Shown here: piece by piece, positions 54,559 through 64,000 of the stretch
Numbering within the stretch: the first letter of the stretch is position 1
Layout of the letters: each line of letters begins with the position of its first letter
The notes under the pieces: model-generated
Told to the model about the DNA's origin: nothing
Databases searched by the model: none
The model's input: the letters and a program-made list of their open reading frames with translations, nothing else
Made by a program: the position numbers and the translations under genes
Source: Guillardia theta CCMP2712
Taxonomy: Eukaryota; Protista; Cryptophyta
Direction: 5' to 3'
Assembly: GCF_000315625.1 (NCBI RefSeq)
Contig: NW_005434658.1
Span: 149,839-213,838, forward strand
Length of the DNA stretch: 64,000 bases

Positions 54559-56341
54559 GCAAGCCTGTTTGTGCATAATCAGAAAATAGCCAACACCCTT
54601 CTTAAATATGCGGGGGAGGGAGCCACTTAGAAAACGTCCGTTTTCCTTCAAGAAACACGGAAAACAACTTGAAAAATCGACTCCAGGAGATCAAAATGGA
54701 TAATAAACAAAAAATTAAGCATCGAAAACGGTCCAGTGAGTGAGGAGCAAGCTTTCCCCTCCCCTTGCGTGCCGCGAGCATGCAGCTGCTGCATCTACGA
54801 CCCTCGCTCCCTCTTTTCAAGCCCAGCACCCCGCATTCTAGAAGGGCTGAATTGCGTGGAGTAGGTACTAAAGGTTTACTTAAATCGGCTTTAAGATCTC
54901 GGATAAGTTACTTCTACTTTTTACTCAAAGTTAAGTTAAAATCAGTACGATCTGTTGCTGTGAATAAAGCTCGGACGGCGGTTTTGGCGTGGAGTTGAGT
55001 GAGATCACTGAGTCATCTGGACTCGTGTTGGATCGGACTGAGGTTGTACTACAGCTGTACGAAGGTTGGAGATACACGGGTGGAGAGACAATCTCAGGTG
55101 CCACGGTACTGAGACTTATTGTCCGATCTGTGGAGTTGGAAATAGTTTGGAGTCTGGCCCGGGCCAGTGCCCGGCGGACCGGGACTGGACTCCGGGAGGT
55201 GGACTCAGGGGCGTTGGCATGATTCGATTACAACTTCGGAGAAAATTTTCTCTTTGTTCTCAGTTCTCAATTTTTACTATTGTTGCGCAACCGCGGCGTG
55301 ATTAACCGTACGGTCTGAACTGGAACAAAGAGTAATTTCTGTTCCTTGTTGTTACGGATTCATTTGCCGGTGACAGTGTGACGGCGAAATCGCGGCAGTG
55401 TTTGGAACGGTTGGATTCGATGTTTTGGGGACGTTGAGTTGCATTTTTGCTTGTGCTTGGAAGTTGTTTAGAAGATCGGAGTTCATTCAAGTTTTGTGGG
55501 ACATTGCTATTAAGTTTGGACATTCACGGCTTTAACATGCCATGATGGGCGGTGGAAAATAGTATCGGAAAACTGGATTCAATGAGCGAGCACGCTGGGA
55601 GTTGCCAAGCCTCATATACTATCATCTGGATGCTTGGGTTTCACACTGTCCTAGCATACAGTCTATCTCTCATGTGCTCCTCAATTCTGGTTTCGTGTGA
55701 AATGAGTAAAGAAGTTTTGACTCCCTGTGCGCACCCGGCACCCGTCCGACGACTCGGCAGCCGCTGGCAGGGATCTCGAGATTTTGCGAAGAGAGACCCT
55801 TTCAAACGGTGCGTTCAAAAGGGTCCAAACTCCACCAACCATTGCGTGTTTGCCAGTCGATCCTACCTTTCGATACCCCAACCAATTTCCAGAAAACAAG
55901 GGGTAGAGGGTGGTGCTCCTGTCCGGATAGCCGGCTAAACTCGGAGCGAGGGCCGTGACAGTGCTGATCGAATTTATAACTTATAATACATATAGAAGTC
56001 AGTTATAAAATATTATTAACACCACAACCCCGCCCCCCCCCCCCCTTCCCCTAGCTCCACGCACCAGTCACTAGGTACTCTGACCCGAGTGAAACCCCAT
56101 TGAGCATCACCGCAACTGCGAGTTTGCAATCTCCCTTGGACACAGCCTTTCAGTCTGAACTCTTCTTCCCTCTTGTCTTCCCTCTCATCTACCCTCCTCT
56201 TCACCCTCTCTCTTCCCTCTCCTCTTCCCCCTCTCCTCCCTCTTCTCTTCTACTCTTGACTTCACACTCAAAGTGATTTTGCCTTCCTGCAATCAACTTT
56301 GCATCCGACTTCAAGTTTTTGAGTCATACAACAAACTAACA

Positions 56342-57129
56342 ATGGAGAATGAAGATAAAACAGATCAGTCAACTTCTAAGACAAAAGGTACTTCGCAAAT
56401 CAAGTTGTACCACAAGAACGAATCAGCATCTGAAGGCTCAGCCTTAGTGAAGAAAGAGACCTGTAACTATTTCCATTGCCCTTTCTCCGGCGCTGTTCGC
56501 GTCCTCCACAAAGAAGATAGCGACAGCCCTTCAAGACCCTCCTTGTACGACGACATATCTGACGTCATGGATGATAGCCTCGACGACTCCGAGCTCGACG
56601 ACGTCATGCCGCAAGTGGCTGAAGCCAAGGTCCAGCCCTCCAACCGAGACGACACGGCCTCCTCTTGCTCCGACTCAGACCAGGCGGGCACAACAAGCAT
56701 GGAGAAAGACTCCTCTGCCGACCTCGAAACCAAGCCAGACCCACAGGCTTCGCGGGCCTCCCCCCGCGAGAAGTCCGTCACAGTACACTCGCGCAGGCTC
56801 ACCTCGTCCTCCGTGCAGCCTGTACAGATCACTGCCGAGCTCTTGGCAGAGCACTTCCACGAGAGCCTCGAGGTGGCGGCGAGCAAGATTGTAAGCAGAG
56901 GGGGGACAGAGGGAGGAGGGTGTTGATGGTGACACGGAGACTTTGGCAGGGCATCGGCAAGTCGACGATGAAGATCGTATGCCGGCGGCTGGGGATCGAG
57001 AAGTGGCCGTACGTGCACACGGGGTCAAGGCGGCGGAGGGGGAGGGCGGGGCAGGAGAAAGCGAAGAAGGGGGAGAGCGAAGGAGAGGTAGGTGGCGTGA
57101 AGAAAAATGAGCAGGGAAAAGGTCTGTAA
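56342..57129 (+). CDS. RWP-RK domain transcription factor, copy 1
   Basis: ITAELLAEHFHESLEVAASKI|GIGKSTMKIVCRRLGIEKWPY across a 59-nt intron (56891-56949). Confidence 0.9.
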
Positions 57130-58253
57130 TTTTTTTTCAATGTACGTTGTACCTACGATGCAGATGGCTCAATTCACTTTGATCTGTTGACAAGATCTTA
57201 GTGAGTTGGACATATTCGTTGCAGCTGACTCACAATAAGATCGTTCCACTCATTTCAGTGTAGAAGATCGCATTTCATGTTTCAAGTTTAGTTTATTTAC
57301 GTCAGTCAAAGTTCAAGTTGGAAAGTTGGAAGACTCGCTGATTGGCGGATTGTGTGGACAACAATCGCAATATTCTTCATGTTCACATTTCAAACACGAA
57401 TCCAGCGTTTAAGTTTGATCGGAACATTCGCGTTGTCTCCGATCGTCACGTCCCGTTCAGTAATCATCGAATCGTACGAAATCGGAGCGGTCGCTCCGAT
57501 GGGCAATATCATCCCTTTTTACTCAAAGTTACGATGGGCTATTCGCAACGTCCTGAGGCAAGCCTGTTATAAAAGGGCCAAAAACACTTCTCGTGAGGGG
57601 CCCGTGAGATGCCCATGACCAGCCACAATGGTACCGTGATTGGTCAGCAACGAATGTCTTGGCGTCAACATGAAAGCTTATGTTTTCGAACATCTTCTGA
57701 AAAGTTCTATTTTCAATAGGTGTATATCCGCGTATTAAATCGAACTAGAATGGCAGCAAACAATCTTCGAGTGGGCCATTAGGCTGGGATGGGCTGCCGT
57801 TGCTGCCCTGCACCCTTTACTACATGGCTCTCCCTTTTAGTTGATTGACGATAAGCCGGACAGCCTCCGAGAATGGACGAGGCTGATGGGGGTCAAAATG
57901 GTATGATGGGGGGGTAGTGGTATGGAGCTCCGTGAAATTGCCCATTGACCCACCACAGATATGGGGGGTGTTACAACGCACCCACCCTTACTCCGACTGT
58001 CGTTTACATAGGGAAATGGGGGTAATACAGAGGATGACGTGACTAAGTTTTATTAGTAGCCCATCACTCCCACCCTACTGTCTCTAATAGTGCCCCCGTC
58101 CCAGGCGCTTTATCATCGCGTTCCCCTTCTTCTCCACTGCCTTCCCCCAGTCTCGTCAACCCATACTCCTTTGAACCCTGCCAATATCCCTTCTTCCCAT
58201 CCTCATCTGCAACATCATAACCTTGACACAGTGCGACTGTGATTGACGACAGC

Positions 58254-59008
58254 ATGCAAGACAACTGGTCTAGTACCTTCCAAGAACCCAGAATGATCTT
58301 CCAAGGTCAAGAAACTCAGTCCATCGCAGATTGCGACTATTTCCATTGCCCTTTCTCCGGAACGATATTTCTCGTGCACAAAGAAGATAGCGACAGCCCT
58401 TCGAGACCCACCTTGTACGACGACATCCCTGACGTCATGGATGATAGCCTCGACGACTCCGAGCTCGACGACGTCATGCCGCAAGTGGCTGAAGCCAAGG
58501 TCCAGCCCTCCAACCGAGACGACACGGCCTCCTCTTGCTCCGACTCAGACCAGGCGGGCACAACAAGCATGGAGAAAGACTCCTCTGCCGACCTCGAAAC
58601 CAAGCCAGACCCACAGGCTTCGCGGGCCTCCCCCAGCGAGAAGTCCGTCACAGTACACTCGCGCAGGCTCACCTCGTCCTCCGTGCAGCCTGTACAGATC
58701 ACTGCCGAGCTCTTGGCAGAGCACTTCCACGAGAGCCTCGAGGTGGCGGCGAGCAAGATTGTAAGCAGAGGGGGGACAGAGGGAGGAGGGTGTTGATGGT
58801 GACACGGAGACTTTGGCAGGGCATCGGCAAGTCGACGATGAAGATCGTATGCCGGCGGCTGGGGATCGAGAAGTGGCCGTACGTGCACACGGGGTCAAGG
58901 CGGCGGAGGGGGAGGGCGGGGCAGGAGAAGGCGAAGAAGGGGGAGAGCGAAGGAGAGGTAGGTGGCGGGAGGAGGACTCCTCGTTCCGACGAGCTTCAGA
59001 AGCAGTAA
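58254..59008 (+). CDS. RWP-RK domain transcription factor, copy 2
   Basis: Tandem duplicate (offset 1870 bp) with the same domain and intron (58761-58819). Confidence 0.9.
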
Positions 59009-59598
59009 TGCGAATTTTGCAGGGTGTGGACAGGCGCACAAGTCTGCTTGTTGTACCCTCATATTCGGATTTGCTTGCGTCGAGGGCAGCGAATGATTGT
59101 TGTGGTCTTCTTTCGAGCCTTCCACATCAGCCGTTCATGTTCAATGCAAGACATGTTGAGAATGTTTGAATCAAAGCTGGGGAGGACTTCGAGCTCGAGC
59201 CTCCAAACTCCTTGGATTCTGATTGAGATGGCATCGTATTTGTACAATAGTAAATCGGCTCCGCAAAGGCTTGCCATGTTGCGGCTTACCGTGAGTGCCG
59301 GGTCGGCGGAATTTGATCTGAGCTGCCGCCGCGCGGCTGCGGCTGAGCCACTCAGCTCAGACCATCCGGCGGCGGCCCGGCGGCCACTCCTCTTCAGAGT
59401 CTTTACTCAAAGCCACTCCCACTCGTGTCCGATCACTGAGTCGGAGCCACAGCCACGACGGTGCCGGCGGTCTGAGCCCGGCCCGGGCCGGCCACTGCCA
59501 GACTCTTAGTCTCGGCCCTCAGCGCCGACTTGAAAATGGCGGCCCAGTGCTCCGGGTATCCCAACTAGAGCGAGGAATCTCTAGAAGGTGGCGAAGCA

Positions 59599-60735
59599 AT
59601 GCTCTCCCTCGGCTGGCGCGTGGCGACGGTGACGCTCATGGCGGTCGCAGCTCAGGCGTTTGTTCCCAGCGTCGCTGCCATGAATCCCACGGGGATGTCT
59701 GCCGCCAGCCCCGCCATGCGAGCATCGCCGCAAGGTGTGTGAAGATCAGTTTGCCCTCCCCAGTTTGTCCTCGGCTCTGATGGCCTCTTGCAGGATCGAA
59801 CATCGCTCCTCCGTCCAAGTTGAAGCTCACCTACTTCGACATCGAAGGTGTAGCCGAGAAAGTGCGACTGGCCCTCAAGGTCGGAGACATTCCCTTCGAG
59901 GATGAAAGGGTGGATTTTGCCTCATGGCAGTCGCTGAAGCCAAAGACCCCGTATGGGCAGCTGCCGCTCTTGACCGTAGAGGAGAACGCTCCCGTAACTC
60001 AAAGTGCTGGAATGCTGAGATATGTTGGTCATCTTACAGGGTTGTATCCTGAGGACTGCATGAAAGCTCTCAAGGTTCTCTCCTGACTCTCGAGTCCTGG
60101 CCCTTGCTCACTGCCGAGGTCCAGGTGGACGAAGTCTGCGGTCTGCAGGAGGACTTTGCCAAGGCTCTCGCTCCATCCATCTACATTGACATGCGCCCGC
60201 ATCTTGTGAGCAGATGCTTCCTGCGACGTCCCCTCCTGATGTGTCCTCTCACAAGTATGGCTACGACGAGAACCTGCCTACTGAGCAGCGCAAGGAGATC
60301 CAGAATAAGCTGCGGAGCAGCCTCATGAAGGAGGGAGGAGACGTGAGGCGATTCCTCGGCTACTTCGAGGTTCTTCATGCATGCTAGCGCTCCTCCTGTT
60401 CTTGACCCGAGGTATCAGGACATCCTTAAGGACAACGGGTCTGGTTTCTTCGTGGGAGACTCCGTCACTATCGCCGATTGCGCCATGCTGCCTCAGCTGC
60501 GTCAACTCAAGTCCGGCCGGTATGCCTTCTCCCCTGCTGACTGAGCGCTGTCTTGTGACTGGGTGAAACCAGGTTGGCCGGAATCCCGGTGACCATCGTC
60601 GACGAGTATCCCCACCTTACAAACTTCTGCAACAAGTAAGTCTTGTGCAAGTGACTGGGTTGATCTGACTCACCTTGTTCGTTAACTAGAATGATGTCCC
60701 TGCCTGCTATTAGTCAGCATTATGGGAGCAAGTAA
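59599..60735 (+). CDS. Glutathione S-transferase (sigma-like) with bipartite plastid-targeting presequence
   Basis: Leader MLSLGWRVATVTLMAVAAQA-FVPS; KLTYFDIEGVAEKVRLAL, PKTPYGQLP, QSAGMLRYVG, FFVGDSVTIADC. Confidence 0.92.
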
Positions 60736-61186
60736 TTTGCTGAAAGAACGTCGATGCTTCTCAGCGTCGTACTTATCAAAACACATCAAGTTTCATATTG
60801 AATGTTTGTTGGATGGCGCTACTAGGCTAACATGCCATGCTGCTCATAAGTTGTGCAGTACTACAGTAACCGCTTACTCACGATGTCCATACTTTTAATT
60901 CAATCATCATGAATCACGTTGATGTCATTCAACTTGCCAATCTCCAAGTGAGACTCGACTTGATCGTTAGCATAAATCTCGCCAGTCGGAACCGGGCCGC
61001 CGTCCTGGCACCTGGCACACCCAGGCTGGACAAAGGCGTCGGACCTTGACAGCCAACTGAGAGCCAGCCAGTGATGGGGAGGCCCGGGCCCGGCCCGTGT
61101 CACCTGGTCCGAGTGCCGCGGCCCTAAGCGGCAAACTTGAAACTTAGGTTGGGAACGAGTGGGGATGTGGTTCAACGCAGGCAATC

Positions 61187-61826
61187 ATGGAGAAGGTGGG
61201 AGAAGGAGCGGAGGCGGGGGGGGGGGGGATGGAGGGAGGATGGAGGCTGACGAGACGACGTCTTGCTCAGGTCGAAGTGAAGCCTGTCCGCATGGATGCC
61301 GATCAACGGAGGAAGGAGGCAGAGATCCTGAAGAATGCCTCCAGTGACGAGCTTCGAGCCATATTTCGACAGGTGACGATGCTGCGAGCCATGGTCCTCC
61401 TTCTGACCCTCAACCTGTCTGCAGTACCGTGAGAGCGGAACGGGAGAGAAGGGCGATGTGAAGATGACGCACGCCGAGGCTGAGAGGATCGACGAGTGCA
61501 TGGGGAAGAAGGAATTCGTCGATCTCTTCAGAGGTGAAACCCCCTCCCCCCCCCGCTGTCCTCCTCCCCGTTGTTCTCCGCTCTTGCCGCCTGACATGAG
61601 TGCTGGGCAGAGTACGTGAACGACATATCTGACCCCAAGAACATGGACGAGTACGACCAGTACCTCCGACAGTTGGAGGAGGAGGGGGCAATACCCGAGG
61701 GGGAGGAGATCGTGAGGCCCGAGAAGGGGTTCTGCGTCAAGACGAAATCGATAGATGCCGGTGCTGCTGCTGCTGCTGGTGGTGGTGCTGCTGCTGGTGC
61801 TGGTGCTGCTGCTGCTGCTGCTGGTG

Positions 61827-61857
<31 letters not shown>

Positions 61858-61875
61858 TGGTGGTGGTGGTGATGG

Positions 61876-61907
<32 letters not shown>

Positions 61908-61938
61908 GTGCTGGTGCTGCTGCTGCTGCTGCTGCTGG

Positions 61939-61974
<36 letters not shown>

Positions 61975-62559
61975 CGGGAGAGGGAGGAGGAAGCTGACAT
62001 CAGCTCCAGGGTCCAAGATCTTTGTGAACTGCTGTGGGACAGACCGAGTGCCAAGGCCAACGCAAGGTAGTCTGTGTGGTCTTCCTGTTGTTGGTCTCAC
62101 TGGACCCCAGGGCAAGCGGAGGAGTACAAGAGCATGGAGAGCACGGGAAACAAGGGAGATGGGAGGTTCTGGAGCATCCCCTACATCCACACGTCAATGA
62201 GGATGGATCGAGACAAAGACGACAAGCCTTGCCATGTGTTCGACATCCTCTTCAACAACGACACCATCAAGCTATGCGAGATGAAGGTGAGGGCGCACAG
62301 GAGGCGAGGGAGGGGGGAGGGAGGTGAAGGAGGAGGGGGGGAAGGGGCATCGAGGACGTGGATAGGGATTGAGGTCTTGGCAGGGCCCGGGCTTTCAAGG
62401 GCTGGTGATTCAAACAGCGTTGGAATCTGTCGAACAGAATGGCAACATGAAGTTAAAGTGAGTGGCAACAACAACCTTTCTTGCTTCTATGCTTGCTGCT
62501 CCTCCCTGATCTTGGCTCCTGCTCTCTGCCCCTTGCCCCCTCCTCCTTTCCGCTGCTTG

Positions 62560-62613
<54 letters not shown>

Positions 62614-63752
62614 TCATGCTGCTGCTGCGGCCGACTGACGAGTGTTTCCTCGCAGAAATTCGCAGACCGGGAAGTACGACTACACGATCATGCAGAACTT
62701 GAAGTACAAGGGGAAGACTGTGAGACCCCACCGCCTCAAGAAGGATGCCACCCAGCAACCGCAGCGACCTGCCCTGCCCGCTCCTGATCGCAAAGAAGTG
62801 AGGGAGGGAGAAGGGAGGAGGGAGGAGGGGGGAGGGGGGAGGGGGGGAGGGGGGGAGGGAGTGACGTGCCGAGCCAGGCAAAGAGCAAGGAAAAGAAGGC
62901 TGAGAGCGTGAGGAGGGAGGACGCGAAGGCTTCTGAAGATTCCGGCGATCAACGCAAGGCCCCCAAGTTCACCATGGTCCACAGGTAGCAGAAGATGATG
63001 GCTCCATGTACTTGTGTATATGTGAGAGACCAACCCTGTGTGTTCGCCTTCATCCCTGCTGCTTCCATCCATTCATCTTTTCTTGTTCTTCCTCTCCCTC
63101 CCTTCCTCTCTCCCTTCTCACCGAGCATGCCAGAGGAACGATTGAGTTCAGCGACTGCATCGAGGCTCTGGGGGGTCGAGACCTTCCTCTCAGCCGAAGA
63201 CCGAAGGTGAGTGAGCAGGAAGAGCAAGAGAGGTTGGGGGTTTGGGCCGGTGAAATGAAGCGGCGGTGAGTGGGAGGGAGGAGCGGTAGAAAGAGAATGG
63301 AGAGAGGAAGTGGGAGGGAGGAGAATGGAAATCAGAGAAAGGAAGGGATGCCTATGTCTGAGAAGCATTGAGGAGGAGGACTCGAAGGGGAGAGGAGGGA
63401 CGGGAGGGGCGCAGGCAACTCAAGAAGCATGCAGGAGCTTATTGTCAGGATTGAACTTCCTCTGATGAAAGACGCCAGCGATATGCAGGTGTGCGATTGT
63501 CATCGGCTGCTGCTGCTGCTGCTGCTGCTGCCTGCTCTTTCCCGTCACGCAACCCATCCCAATTCTTGTGACATGCTTGTGCAGCTTGACATCAAGTTTG
63601 GACACCTTGAGTTTTCGAGTGAGAGCGCAGGATACCAACTGAAGCTGAAGCTCCCGTATCCTGTCGACGAGGTGAGGGTGTGCTGATGGTGTTGTAACGA
63701 TTGTGAAGGAGATGACAATGACGGTGGTTGTTTGTAGTGGTGACAGAGAAGG

Positions 63753-63829
<77 letters not shown>

Positions 63830-64000
63830 AAGATTGTGGTGGTGGTGTTAGAAATTACAGTGGTAGTGGTGATAGTGATGATGATAATGTTGATGATTTA
63901 TTCTTGATTTCTTCTGCTCAGGAGTCTGGAGACGCGAAATACAGCAAGGTTCAGAAGCTGCTCACAGTCACACTGAGGGTAAGAAGAGGAAGAGGGAGGG
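61187..64000 (+). CDS. DNAAF2: Kintoun/PF13 dynein axonemal assembly factor (PIH1 + CS domains), runs off window
   Basis: EFVDLFR|EYVNDISDPKNMDEYDQYLRQLE, RPEKGFCVKT, KIFVNCC, WSIPY, PKFTMVHR, RPK|ELIVRIELP, LKLPYPVDE|ESGDAKYSK..LTVTL. Confidence 0.92.

Noticed and set aside
57481-57500. Perfect 9-bp hairpin ATCGGAGCG-GT-CGCTCCGAT
   Set aside because: Single short palindrome with no tRNA, terminator or Helitron context that I can support.

Overview
Intron-rich eukaryotic nuclear DNA, most consistent with a cryptophyte alga (Guillardia/Hanusia-like). This is an inference from short GT-AG introns filled with simple repeats, a GST with an 'AQA-FVP' bipartite plastid-targeting leader, RWP-RK genes and a flagellar dynein assembly factor. 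Recognisable genes: an ankyrin/TKL kinase/beta-helix protein, prolyl oligopeptidase, trypsin-like protease, Sfi1-like repeat protein, PRMT, a UreH/Ni-transporter-like membrane protein, an NCKX exchanger with EF-hands, ADPRM, ARMT1/DUF89, a Crinkler-type NTPase-REase, two tandem RWP-RK factors, a GST and Kintoun/DNAAF2. There is also a decayed RLE-type non-LTR retrotransposon. The most notable observation is three separate loci (about 14-15, 26.5-28 and 40-41 kb), each a near-identical gene pair (tandem, convergent and divergent). They encode 85-103 aa intronless proteins that share two motifs (RSIxxxSxx[TS]W and M[VL][LM]xA[VL]xxARxK) although the three loci show no obvious DNA similarity to each other. 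This is a candidate undescribed small-protein family; its pairs show a gene-conversion-like pattern and share upstream motifs. Intergenic DNA has a stereotyped architecture, including six exact copies of TTTACTCAAAG. Exon boundaries were read by eye and are approximate.
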